This document shows, piece after piece, positions 26,098 to 39,273 of a stretch of 64,000 nucleotides of DNA. Location of the stretch: NCBI RefSeq assembly GCF_006345805.1, contig NC_043010.1, positions 12,958,001 to 13,022,000 on the forward strand, written 5' to 3'. How positions within the stretch are numbered: the stretch's first letter is position 1; each line of letters begins with the position of its first letter. Under the pieces are notes generated by a model. It was not told where the DNA came from. It saw nothing but the letters and a program-made list of their open reading frames with translations, and searched no databases. The DNA is from Octopus sinensis (Eukaryota). Both the position numbers and the translations under genes were made by a program.

Positions 26098-26774
26098 GCA
26101 TATATATATATGTATGTGTGTGTGTGTGTGTGTGTGTTTGTATGTATATATATATATACACACATATATATATACATATATATACATAAATATATATATA
26201 TATATAATATATATATATATAAATGTATGAATGTATGTATATATATATATGTATGAATGTATGTATATATATATATATATATATATATAAGTACATATAT
26301 ATGTAGAGACACACATACACACATTAAAACCTTTTTCTATAAAAAAGACTTGAAGTCACATATGATCTTTTTTTTTTCTTTCTCTCCTTTTCACTAGTTT
26401 CATATATATATATCAAATTTTCCTTATGAATACATACGCTAATATATTTCCAGTTAAACTATAACACCCAGTTAAGATTCGCAATGTCCATGTATCTGTC
26501 CCTCACATCATACACATTTACGCTATCATACAGTGTTTACCTACCTCCCACCACCACTGTACCCATTAAATCCTCTTGCCCCACTCCCCACTCACATATT
26601 ATACAAAAACATTTATTCTGTGAAAGTGTGTTTTTTGCATTTTTATTTTCATACATATGAATTCATAGAACAAAACTATTGGCCCAATAACACAAAAAAT
26701 ATATACATATAATTATGTTGATGCATTTTTAATTTCTGCTTGGAATTTTACATGTATTCTTTTATTTCTTTTTA

Positions 26775-27165
26775 TATATTTCAGTCATTTGACTGCCGCC
26801 ATGCTGGAGCACTGCCTTTAGTCGAACAAATCAACACCAGGACATATTCTTTGCAAACCTAGTACTTATTCTATTGGTGTCTTTTGCCAAACCGCTAAGT
26901 TACGGGGACATAAACACACCGAAATCGGTTGTCAAGCGATAGTGGAGGGACAAACACAGACTCATACACACATAAACACAAACACACACACACATATATA
27001 TATATATATACAACGGGCTTCTTTCAGTTTCCGTCTACCGAATCCACTGACAAGGCTTTGGTCGGCCAGAGGCTATAGTAGAAGACACTTGCCCAAGGTA
27101 TCACGAAGTGGGACTGAACCCAGAACCATGTGGTTGGTAAGCAAGCTTCTTACCACACAGCCACG
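26775..27165 (-). mobile_element. SINE family A
   Basis: Family A head and body motifs. Confidence 0.85.
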
Positions 27166-27386
27166 CTTGTATGTATATCTATGTCTGTTGTGTGTGTGTG
27201 TGTATGTATATATATATTATATATATATATAATATATATATAATATATATATATTATATATACACATACACACACAACATATATATATACACATACATAT
27301 ATATAATATATACACATACACACACATACATATATATATATATACATATATATATAATATATATATATACACATACACACACATAC

Positions 27387-27421
<35 letters not shown>

Positions 27422-28216
27422 TAGACAGACAGAAAGACAGACACAAACAGACTGATAGATAGTATACATACATACATGCATACACACGTATATATATACA
27501 TACATACATGCGTTTGTATGTATGAATGTATGTATGTAAGAATAAAAGTATAAAAATACACGATAGCACATGGCTATATACATAATTACAAATGTATTCT
27601 TTGATTTGTATATAATCATTCACAGTGTTTTACATACATATGTATGGATGTATGTATATATGTAATTAAGGATGGACGGATGGATGGACAGATGGATGGA
27701 CAATGAATGTATCTATGTATGTTTGTGTGTATATCAGTGTTTTTATCTAACCTTGCATGCATGCATATGTGCATGCATGCATACGTGCATGCATGAATGC
27801 ATGTTTTTGTGCATTTTTGAAAAAAAATGTCCTTATCAAATAATGAGAGAATATGCAATGTCCTAAAAATGGCAATGCCATAAATCTAGCCCTGTTCAAT
27901 TGTCCAGCTATACCCAGTTCAAGTGGCATGAATGGGGAGGGCATCAGACCAGCAATCCTGGAATCTGTGAGTCATGGCAGTCAAGGGAAATGCGTGCGGG
28001 TGAGTGCGGTGTGTGTGGGGGGGCAAGAGGATTTAATGGTATTGTACAGGGGGTGGGGTGGGGTGGGGTGTGGTGGGGGTGAAAGCTGGGATGGGATTGA
28101 GGATGTGCATGATGTGAGGGAGAGATAGATGGACATTGTGATTCTTAGCTGGTTTTATTATTAATGATAAAAGGATATCATTCTACACTTACTCTCACAC
28201 AAATATATATGTAGGC

Positions 28217-28284
<68 letters not shown>

Positions 28285-28460
28285 TATATATATATGTGTG
28301 TGGTGTGTGTGTGTGTGTGTATGATAGGGCACAGAAAGTGTGTCTATAGCCAGCTGGAGGAGGTGTCCTCCTGGGGCTACAAACTACAGTAGCATCCACC
28401 CTTAGGGGTTAGCCATATTCAAATGGCAAATATACGTCACTATGTATATATATATATATA

Positions 28461-28830
28461 TTATATAAAAGGGCTTAGTAAAATAAATTACTTTGCCGCA
28501 TACTGAACTCGTTAGAAATAGCAGCTAAAAGAACTATTTCTAACACTTAAAGAAAATCTCTCTCATATAGTGCTTGCTCAATTCAACCCAAGAAAGTATG
28601 AGGGTAGAGACATTAAAAAATCAATGCAAAGGTTATTTGAGACATTAAAAAATCAAATGCAAAGGTTATTGATTTTTAATGTCTCTACCCTCATACTTCT
28701 TGGGTTGAATTAGCAGCACTATATGAGAGAGATTTCTTTTTAGAAATAGTTAGAAGTGTTAAATGACTAGCTATTTCTAACGAGTTCAGTATGCGGCAAA
28801 GTAATTTATTTACTAAGCCCTTTTATATAA
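28461..28830. mobile_element. Foldback/palindromic MITE-like element (~165-bp arms)
   Basis: ttatataaaagggcttagta... versus ...tactaagcccttttatataa; central ~31-bp direct duplication gagacattaaaaaatcaatgcaaaggttatt. Confidence 0.75.
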
Positions 28831-29219
28831 TGTAATAATTGAATTTGCCTTAAATGGTCCCTTTGCATACTGAATACTTGGTGAAATTGATTAATTAATT
28901 AATTAATTTTACCCTCAATTGTTGAAATTATATATATATATATATATAATGTGTGTGTATGTATATATGGTGTGTGTCATGTATGTATGTATTATGTATG
29001 TATATATGTGTGAGTGTGTGTGTGTGTGCATGTAATATTATTATTATTATTATTAATCAGTCATAAGATTCATTAGAATCTAGGTATTTTAATGTTCAGG
29101 ACACCAGGAAAGAGTCAAGATCTACATGTACACAGATGTACCAAATATATACAACACAATATACATGTATATATATATATACATTAATATACACACATAC
29201 ACAAATATACATACATATA

Positions 29220-29412
29220 CTCTTTTACTTGTTTCAGTCATTTGACTATGGCCATGCTGGAGCACTGCCTTTAGTCGAGTAAATCAATCCCAGGACTTAT
29301 TCTTTGTAAGCCTAGTACTTATTCTATCGGTCTTTTTTGCTGAACCGCTAGTTACGGGGACGTAAACACACCAGCATCGGTTGGGGGGACAAACACAGAC
29401 ACACAAACATAT

Positions 29413-29449
<37 letters not shown>

Positions 29450-29612
29450 ATGGGCTTCTTTCAGTTTCCGTCTACCAAATCCACTCACAAGGCTTTGGTT
29501 GGCCTGAGGCTATAGTAGAAGACACTTGCCCAAGGTGCCATGCAGTGGGATTGAACCCGGAACCATGTGGTTCGTAAGCAAGCTATTTACCACACAGCCA
29601 CTCCTACGCCTA
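29220..29612 (-). mobile_element. SINE family A
   Basis: Family A motifs. Confidence 0.88.
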
Positions 29613-30114
29613 TAAATAGATACATACATATGAGTATATGTGTGTGTGTGTGTGTTTTCATATACTCATGTGGGTGCATAATCCAATGCAAGTTACAGAT
29701 CCAGCACAGAGATGGTTCCAAGCATTTGTATCAAAATAAGAACCTTTAAAACCCTATTATGGTAAAGATAGGTTTATTTTCTGGAGCTAAGTGGGCAACT
29801 GTGGGTATGCTCCTTCCATAATAGGCATCATCAGCACAGTTGTTTTCCTACCGTGAATGTAACAAACACAGTACTTAGATGCATATGAAAGGGATTTGAA
29901 CACATTTATGGCTTACGATAATTTGCATAATATAAAGGGGAAATAACTTAGGGTGACCATTGGTATGACTGTAAACAATAAAGGTGAATAAAGGTAGACC
30001 AAATTCTGTATAAGATAAATAATGTAAACATCGTTATTTTAATTAATCGAATGCTGTTTCAAGTGCACATACACTCATACACACAGATATACATGTGTGT
30101 GTTTGTGAGTGTGT

Positions 30115-30120
30115 GTGAGT

Positions 30121-30159
<39 letters not shown>

Positions 30160-30188
30160 GGATAGATGGATAGATAGATAGATAGATG

Positions 30189-30247
<59 letters not shown>

Positions 30248-30279
30248 GGATAGATAAATAGATAGATAAATAGACAGAC

Positions 30280-30327
<48 letters not shown>

Positions 30328-30490
30328 TGATAGGTAGGTAGGTAGGTAGGTAGGTAGGTAGATAGATAGATAGATAGATAAATGGATGGATGGATGGATA
30401 CATACATACATTCATACATACATAGCTAGCTAGATAGATAGATAGATAGATAGGTAGGTAGGTAGGTTGATAGATAGATATAGGTAGATA
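30115..30490. repeat. (GATA/GGTA/GGAT)n microsatellite
   Basis: Direct inspection. Confidence 0.95.
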
Positions 30491-30543
30491 TAGACACACA
30501 CAGACACACACATATTTGTTACGTGTGCATACGTATAAACAAC

Positions 30544-30583
<40 letters not shown>

Positions 30584-31129
30584 CATATGCAGTAACTCTT
30601 TGGCTATTGACAAATTTCTGCCAACAGTAACTCTAACCAACTTCTTCAGATTCCATTTTAACAATATTTTTTTCTTTTCCTTTTGATAAAATCTGTTTTA
30701 GCAAGAAAGTTTTGTGCAGTTAGGCATGAGGTACATTTAATGGCTAAAGATATATTACCATTTTGTATACACAGTACATGGCAGCACTAAGTCTGAATGA
30801 TATTAAAATTGCTTTCAGAACAGGAAGATATTTATATAAATGTACACAGAACTATGATGTCATAGATTCATATGACATTCCATCTGTTTACCAAAATTTG
30901 AGAAAAAAAACAACTTGGTTTTATAAGTTCAACAGAAGAAAGTAGAGAAAATATGAAATATTTTGTAATTTTTGTACATTAGTCTCTGCTTTAGTCCCAG
31001 ACTTAACCTTTTAGCATTTAAACCAGCCATATCCAACCCAATATTCTACCTGTTTTATGATCAATTAAACCATATCCAGCCTCTCATACCAACCCTATAG
31101 TGCCAATCTAAAAATAAACAATCATATCA

Positions 31130-31555
31130 ATGATCGCAGATCCTGGGTGGATGTTGTTTACCTGGACTTTGCTAAGGCTTTTAATTCTGTGCCACACAAA
31201 AGACTTATGGTGAAACTCTCTGCAATGGGTGTAAGAGATGATCTCTATAACTGGTTGAAGTCCTTCATTCACACTTCTAGGACGACACTCTTCAAACCTA
31301 TGAGATGACATCTGGTGTACCACAGGGATCTGTTCTTGGCCCCCTTTATTTGTTGCATATGTTAATAACATAGATGCCAACTTAAAGAATGCTGTTATAA
31401 ATTTAATTAGATCTGAAGGTGCAGTTCCTATGACCTTCATCAAGGCTTTGAAGATGGAAACAAGAAAGAGAGGAAGCCATCCTTAGATGGACAAACTAGG
31501 TGTGAAACCTTACAGCAGACTAGACTCTATTATAGGAGTTCAAGGGCCAATATTG
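31130..31555 (+). pseudogene. CR1-group LINE reverse-transcriptase relic with internal deletions
   Basis: VDVVYLDFAKAFNSVPHKRLMVKL..WLKSF and SGVPQGSVLGPLLFVAYVNNI motifs. Confidence 0.85.
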
Positions 31556-31618
31556 GTATTTAAAGAAATAACATATTGAATAATGTAGTCCTGGATGAAT
31601 CTGAAAAAAAAAAAAAAG

Positions 31619-32038
31619 ATAGGCGCAGGAGTGGCTGTGTGGTAAGTAGCTTGCTAACCAACCACATGGTTCCGGGTTCAGTCCCACTGCGTGGCATCTT
31701 GGGCAAGTGTCTTCTGCTATAGCCCTGGGCCGACCAATGCCTTGTGAGTGGATTTGGTAGACGGAAACTGAAAGAAACCCGTCGTATATATGTATATATA
31801 TATATGTATGTGTGTGTGTTTGTGTGTCTGTGTTTGTCCCCCAAGCATTGCTTGATAACCGATGCTGGTGTGTTTACGTCCCCGTCACTTAGCGGTTTGG
31901 CAAAAAGAGACCGATAGAATAAGTACTAGGCTTACGAAGAATAAGTCCCGGGGTCGATTTGCTCGACTAAAGGCGGTGCTCCAGCATGGCCGCAGTGAAA
32001 TGACTGAAACAAGTAAAAGAGTAAAAGAGTAAAGAGTA
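31619..32038 (+). mobile_element. SINE family A, full length
   Basis: Head to (taaaagag)n tail. Confidence 0.9.
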
Positions 32039-32224
32039 AGATGGTGTAATCATGTCTGGAATATTTTTGATCAATGGTTTGCTTCGTAAAGACTATCCTA
32101 GGCTTAGCAACAACAAAAACAAAAACTTTAACAAGATGATTTGAAAAAAAATCGTTTAAATAGAAAGTGGGAAACTACTATAGCCCCTGTGCATGTAATA
32201 TAGTAATTAGCAATACCTATAAAT

Positions 32225-32409
32225 ATGCATGCATATATGTGCATGTATGTATGTGTGTGTGTGTGTGCACATGTGTGTGCATGCATGTGTGAGTGTGTAT
32301 TTATGTACATGTAAATACATGTATGGATGTATGTATATATGTATGTGTCTACATATCAGTCTGGTTTCTCTTTCACCATATATATACATATATATACATA
32401 TATATATAT

Positions 32410-32447
<38 letters not shown>

Positions 32448-32503
32448 TATATGTATTATATATGTACATATATATATAATATATGTATATATATTATATA
32501 TAC

Positions 32504-32536
<33 letters not shown>

Positions 32537-32822
32537 TATATACTATATATATATATAATATATATGTATATATATTATATACTATATATATAGATATATA
32601 CATATATATATATATATACATATATATGTAAAATATAAAAGAATATATATATTATATACATAATGTATAATATTTGTGTGTGTGTGTGTGTACATAAGTA
32701 TGTACATGTGTAAATCTCTGTGTGTGTATACATATTTGCATACATATATATATATGCGTGTAAAATATATAGTATATACATAGCGTATAGTATTTGTGTG
32801 TGTGTGTGTGTGTGTGTGTGTG
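32225..32822. repeat. (TA)n/(TG)n compound microsatellite
   Basis: Direct inspection. Confidence 0.93.
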
Positions 32823-33158
32823 ATGCTGAAATCTAATCCTGAGGCTTATATTCATAGAATATAAAGAACAATCATTGCAATGAAAGTTGGCCAAGATATA
32901 ACCTGTGCTGCTAAAAATTACTGTTCAGTTCAGACATAAAACTCTTCCATAAAAAGAAACACTTATAATTGATAGAATTTTTACAGCTATTTTCCCATTC
33001 TTGGAAGTGTATCTTTCCATACACGAAACTTGAAGAAACACCTGATCCCATGAAAGCATTTCCCATGAACCGAAAACACATTTGCTAATAACAGCAGGGT
33101 GAGTTTGAGTTTTCTTCCTCTACTATATGTAGGTAAATGTGAACAAACTTTTGTTTGT

Positions 33159-33885
33159 GGAGTGGCTGTGTGGTAAGCAGCTTGCTAACCAACCACATGG
33201 TTCCGGGTTCAGTCCCACTGCATGGCATCTTGGGCAAGCGTCTTCTGCTATAGCCCCAGGCCGACCAATGCCTTGTGAGTGGATTTGGTAGACGGAAACT
33301 GAAAGAAGCCTGTCGTATATATGTATATATATGTATATAAGTGTGTGTGTATATGTTTGTGTGTCTGTGTTTGTCCCCCTAGCATCGCTTGACAACCGAT
33401 GCTGGTGAGTTTACGTCCCCGTCACTTAGCGGTTCGGCAAAAGAGACCGATAGAATAAGTACTGGGCTTGCAAAGAATAAGTCCCGGGGTCGATTTGCTC
33501 GACTAAAGGTGGTGCTCCAGCATGGCCACAGTCAAATGACTGTAACAAGTAAAAAGAGTAAAAGAGTAAACTACATTTATTTACTCTCTTACTCTTTACT
33601 CTTTTACTTGTTTCAGTCTTTTGACTGTGGCCATGCTGGAGCACTGCCTTTAATCGAGCAACTCGACCCCGGGACTTATTCTTTTGTAAGCCCAGTGCTT
33701 ATTCTATCGGTCTCTTTTGCCGAACCGCTAAGTAACGGGGACATAAACACACCAGCATCGGTTGTCAAGCAATGCTAAGGGGACAAACACAGACACATAA
33801 ACACACACACGCATATATATATATATACATATATACGACGGGCTTCTTTCAGTTTCCGTCTACCAAATCCACTCACAAGGCTTTG
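33159..33885. mobile_element. Two family-A SINEs tail-to-tail (+ 33159-33570; - ~33580-33885)
   Basis: (taaaagag)n tail faces (ctctttta)n tail. Confidence 0.85.
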
Positions 33886-34980
33886 TTTTTTTTTCTTGAG
33901 AATTCTAACATCATAAGACTAACTAATTTGATTCCGTATGATTGGGACAATTCTCTGTTCAGGCTTTCTTACTAGTTTACTTAATTATTATCAACTGGCA
34001 TTAGCTTCGTGTGTCAATTTATTTGTAAATTCTTCTTTGAAAAAGAGAAATGTTTTAGTAATTTATGCATGTAGTGTGTTTACTCTTTCGCTAAAGCTGT
34101 TCAATATCCAGCTGGTTTCTACCGATACTGCAAAGAAAATAAATAGCTCGGTTTTATAAATTACTGAAAAGTTTTGTGCAGCAGGAGACATGTAAGAGTA
34201 CATACATCGCAATAACAGCAGATGCACAAGTGAAATAAATCACAGGGAAATAAGAAAAACAAAAAGATAAAAATGGCAAACTTATTCACTGTACAGAGAA
34301 CAGACATAGAGAGTCTCAATCTGAACAAAAAAAAAAGAACATTAAAAGAGTAAGAATGGAAACAAAAATATCATTAAAAAATACTCCTGTCTAAGGCTTC
34401 AAAAGTAGTTTTAGACTATGTGGTAAGTGTAGAAGTGAGTATTGTTCAAGGGATTATTAAATAGCAGTAATTATACAGAGGCTATCGTGATAGGGGGTGG
34501 AGGCACATGGCTTACTGCTTAAGGTGTTGAACTCATTATTGTGAGTTTGTGGTTTGTTTTCTTGAGTAAAACACTATTCAAATATCTCAGCCGACAAAAG
34601 TGAGTAATCCCATAAGAGACCAGTGCCCCATCCAAAGGGATAATATGCGTCATGGAAACTGGGAAACCAGGCCTATAAGTCTAAATGACTTGGGGAGGAT
34701 CTGTCATGAAAAAGGCTTGGCAGTAATGTTTGAGTACCAGTCATAAGATCTTGTAATATTTGATAACTGAATTTTATGTCTTGAACTGATCTCAAATCCC
34801 TCTGAGATTAGCTTTACCTTTTTGTCTTTCCAGGGTTGATAAAAAAAATGTGCCAGTCATATACTGGCTGGGCACTCCATCAGTTATGATGAGGTATCTT
34901 CCAGTTGATTCAATCAACAGAACAGCCTGCTCATTAAATTAACATGCAAGTGGCTGAGAACTCCACAGACATGCATACCT

Positions 34981-35216
34981 ATTTCTTTACTACCCACAAG
35001 GGGCTAAACACAGAGGGGACAAACAAGGACAGACAAATGGATTAAGTCGATTACATCGACCCCCAGGACGTGAATGGTACTTAATTTATCGACCCCGAAA
35101 GGATGAAAGGTAAAGTTGACCCCAGCGGAATTTGAACTCAGAACGTAATGCCAGACGAAATACGGCTATGCATTTCGCCTGGCGTGCTAACGTTTCTGCC
35201 AGCTCGCCGCCTTTAA
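34981..35216 (-). mobile_element. SINE family C (C1) monomer inserted in a family-E element
   Basis: 14-bp TSD agacatgcatacct on both sides. Confidence 0.88.
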
Positions 35217-35435
35217 AGACATGCATACCTTTAATGTATTTCTCAGGGAGATCCAGGGTGACACATTGAATATGACATGGCTTGCCTATTGAACTATAGG
35301 CATAACTAATTTTTGCCAGCTGAGTAGATTTGGCGCAATTATTGAAATAAAGTGTCTTGCTCAAGGACACAATGCACCACCAAGAACTGAACTCACAATC
35401 ATGCAATTCATCATCACTGAGGACTGGCAAACTAG

Positions 35436-35765
35436 ATGGCTGCACCAGGCTCCAATCTTGATCTGGCAGAGTTTCTACAGCTGGATGCCCTTCCTAACGC
35501 CAACCACTCCGAGAGTGTAGTGGATGCTTTTACGTGCCACTAGCACGAGGGCCAGTCAGGCAGTACTGGCAACAGCCACACCCAAATGGTGTTTTTTTAC
35601 GTGCCACCGTCACACCGGCACAAGTGCCAGTAAGGTGATGCTGGTAACGATCCCACTTGAATGGTGCTTTTTACATGCCACCAGCACAGACGCCAGTTAG
35701 CCGCTCTGGCAACAATCAGGCTCGGATTGTGCTCTTAGTGCTCCACTAGCACGGATGCCATTCAT
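35436..35765 (-). mobile_element. Family D element
   Basis: Family D conserved block and hairpin-unit array. Confidence 0.82.
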
Positions 35766-36150
35766 CGAATTTGATTTCGATTTCACTTGCCTCAACAGGT
35801 CTTTGTAAGCAGTGTCCAATGAAGGAAAGGTACGCATAAGTGGGCTGGTTACACCCCTGGCATAGGCCACAAGGTTATGGTCTCATTTGGCTTGCCAGGC
35901 CTTCTCAAGTACATCATGCTGGGTCTTAACCACTAAGACTATATACTAGGGTTGATTTGACTGACTCTACTCTCATGCCTGTATTTGTACCTTTAATTGT
36001 GCTTTATACCGAATGAGTAACTGCTTAACCCTTTAGCATTTAAACCAGTCGTATATGGCCCAAATACTTTACTTGTTTTATGTTCAAAACAACCAGATCT
36101 GTCCCCTCACACCAACTCTACAATGTCAGTCTAAAAAAAAATATACACAT

Positions 36151-36368
36151 CATGCATAGGTGCAGGAATAGCAAAAGAGGTTGTATGGAAGACGAGAGTG
36201 AAAGGAATTGCAACAGGCATGTTCATCTCCAGTCTCGAGCTAATCGACTTTTTCGTTTTCCACATGAAACGGAAAATAAGGCTGGAGAAGAAATGCCTGT
36301 CGCAAAGTGTGTTTAGTAAAAGATGGAAGTCTATAGCAAGTATGTTGCGAGTGAAAGAACCTGTTTAA
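36151..36368 (+). pseudogene. Probable Tx1/L1-like LINE ORF2 C-terminal relic
   Basis: GIAKEVVWKTRVKG..LIDFFVFHMKRKIRLEKKCLSQSVFSKRW* resembles Tx1-type ORF2 ends (recalled pattern, not searched). Confidence 0.45.
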
Positions 36369-37059
36369 TCGAGAATGTAAAAAAAGGAGAAAGCAAGGTC
36401 TTCAGTGTGAATATGTTTGTGGGGTCAACCGCGTCCTCCGCTTCATTTTTTGTTAATCACTCATTCTCATTTAATTGTATATATTGAGAATCAAAACTAT
36501 TGAAAAGGTTGCAACACACAATGACAATTTTAGGACAATAAGAACAAGAAATAAGTGGAAATTATACCGGTGAGTGTGTTAAATAATAAAGCACAAAAAG
36601 AAAATGACTCTCCCCAGACACAATAAAATATGCTTCAATACACGAACTCATATAAAGAATCTTGCAAACCAAATCCAAAAACGAAATATAATAAGCTTTA
36701 GCCAAGCTAGCAAGACATTGAGAAACACCGTGTTCTGCTGTCTGAAAATCAAGATAGCTACCCGACAGCTCCACTTCATTAAAACATGGATCTTGTCGAA
36801 GCTATACACAAAATGTATATATTTTAATTGTTTGTTTATTCATAAATTTCGTCTCATTCGATACCCTGACACCCCCAATGTTTGTTTTGTCTGTCCTCGT
36901 GTCGTCCCCTCTTTTTCTCAACCTCATGGTTGATAAAGAAATTGAATGATGTAGTCCCTTACATAGATTGAGATGGGTGAAAAGACAGACAGACAGATGG
37001 ACAGAAAGATAAACATACCAACAAGAGAAAAGGAGTTGTTGAGATGACAATGACTGCAG

Positions 37060-37357
37060 GGACCTTTTCGGTTTGAACGGTAGAATGTGTTTATAAAACA
37101 TCTTTTTCTTTTGGCTTTATTGAGAAAATTCTATGGTTTGTAAGATATTTGTTGTTTTTTTTCTTTAATTTCAACCAATCAATGACGTCTATTGAGGTGA
37201 AAACATTCTGTGCCGTATGAAAATGTCCCTCGTTTAAGAAACAGATTGGGTTTATTTACAGATTGAAATGCAATAGATCGATACTAGGGTCATAATTATG
37301 GGTGACAATTTCATATGACACCGATCGAAAAAACTGCCGTTCAAACCGAAAAGATCC
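37060..37357. mobile_element. ~300-bp MITE with ~22-bp TIRs and 8-bp TSD
   Basis: ggaccttttcggtttgaacgg / ccgttcaaaccgaaaagatcc; TSD gactgcag/gactgtag. Confidence 0.75.
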
Positions 37358-37499
37358 GACTGTAGTGATAGTGATGATGGTAGAGGTGGTAGTTTTGGTG
37401 GTAACGGTGGGAAAAGGGTGGGGGAAAATGTGGAAGCAGTTGCCATAGCAGAGCTGATGATAATGTAAATACAGGTGGTGTTAAAGGTAATGTTGATTA

Positions 37500-37920
37500 T
37501 ACTCTTTACTCTTTTACTCTTTTACTTGTTTCAATCATTTGACTGCGGCCATGCTGGAGCACCGCCTCTAATCGAGCAACTCGACCCCGGGATTTATTCT
37601 TTTGTAATCCCAGTACTTATTCTATCGGTCTCTTTTGCCGAACCACTAAGTAACGGGAACATAAACAAACCAGCATCGGTTGTCAAACAATGCGAGGGGG
37701 ACAAACACAGAAACACAAACACACACAAGCATAGATATATATATACATATATACGACGGGCTTCTTTTCAGTTTCCGTCTACCAAATCCACTCACAAGGC
37801 ATTGGTCGGCCCGAGGCTATAGTAGAAGACACTTGCCCAAGGTGCCATGCAGTGGGACTGAACCCGGAACCATGTGGTTGGTAAACAAGCTACTTACCAC
37901 ACAGCCACTCCTGCGCCTAT
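37500..37920 (-). mobile_element. SINE family A, full length
   Basis: Family A motifs with (ctctttta)n. Confidence 0.9.
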
Positions 37921-37949
37921 GTATTGTTTATTTATAATCTTTGTATGTA

Positions 37950-38222
37950 TGTGGCTTAGTGGTTGGGGTATTCGGCTCACGATAGTAAGGTCGTGAGTTC
38001 AATTCCTAATGACACATTATGTCCTTTAGCAAGACACTTTATTTCACGTTGCTCCAGTCCCATTCAGCTGGCAAAAATGGGTTGTACTTGTAATTCTAAA
38101 GGGCCAGCCCTGTCACATTCCATGTCATGCTGAATCTCCCTGAGAACTATATTAAGGGTACGTATGTCTGTGGATTACTCAGCCGCTTGCATGGCTGTTC
38201 TGTTGATCAGATCAACTGGAAC
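37950..38222 (+). mobile_element. SINE family E with B-type tail
   Basis: E head/CORE-like block followed by aaagggccagcc..gagaactat..aagggtac..ggatcaactggaac. Confidence 0.75.
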
Positions 38223-38224
38223 AT

Positions 38225-38765
38225 CATCATCATCATCATCGTTCTTTAACGTCCACTTTCCATGCTAGCATGGGTTGGACGATTTTGACTGAGGGCTGGC
38301 GAACACGATGGCTGCACCAGGCTCCAGTCTTGATCTGGCAGGTTTCTACAGCTGGATGCCCTTCCTAACACCAACCACTCCGAGAGTGTAGTGGGTGCTT
38401 TTTACATGCCACCAGCATGGGGGCCAGTCAGGCAGTACTGGCAACGACCTTGCTCAAATCTTTTTACACATGCCACCAGCACAGGTGCCAGTGAAGCGAC
38501 GTTGGTAACGATCCCGCTCGAACGGTGCCCTTTTACATGGCACTGGCATGGAAGCCAGTTGGCTGCTCTGGCAACGATCATGCTTGGATGGTGCTCTTAG
38601 CACCCTACTAGCACGGGCACAAGTGCCAGTAAGGCGACACTGGTAATGATCACACTTGAATGGTGCCTTTCAAGTGCCACTGGCACGGAGCCAGTTAGCT
38701 GCTCTGTCAATGATCACGCTCATGTGGTGCTCTTTGCAACTTGCTAGCACGGACGCCAGTCATCG
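38225..38765 (-). mobile_element. Family D element with long hairpin-unit array
   Basis: Family D block plus repeated gtgcc..ggcac units. Confidence 0.85.
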
Positions 38766-39273
38766 AATCAGCAAAGTACAAGGATTTATAATCTTCACTG
38801 AAACAAATTATAAGCAACCGTCTGACAGTATTCTCAATGTTATATACATTAACAAAATTCTCTCACAGAGCCTGTCTCATGATCACAATGTAAAGCTTGC
38901 AGGATATGAAGCTATTGATCAAAATAACGATGCTGGTTTGTCTAAATGTCTGCAATGGAAGTATTTTAATAATTGGAAATGATATTAGTTGTATGTTAAC
39001 ATCTCATGAATAATAGGCAGTCAAAAACTACCAAGTATGAAAATAATTGAAGCTTTACACATGGTTGTCTTTTAAATGATTTCTAAACCTTACAAAATCC
39101 ATCTGTATCCTGTAAGATTTTGCTGCTTTTCAATGCGATCAGTCACACAGTAAACGAAATACACTGAACAGCAAATATACTGCAGACCAACAATATTGTA
39201 CACTAAACATACTGTACACCAAACACTGTAACCAGCCATAACAGACACCAACCATATTGTATACTATATGAAA

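Noticed and set aside
28050-28080. G-quadruplex-like GGGGT repeats
   Set aside because: Short low-complexity motif with no contextual evidence of function
36505-36580. Possible third hammerhead family (ACACAC-ATGACAA...ACCGGT-G-AGTGTG)
   Set aside because: No GAAA, no stem II and G at position 17; the homologous copy at 21.2 kb is no better
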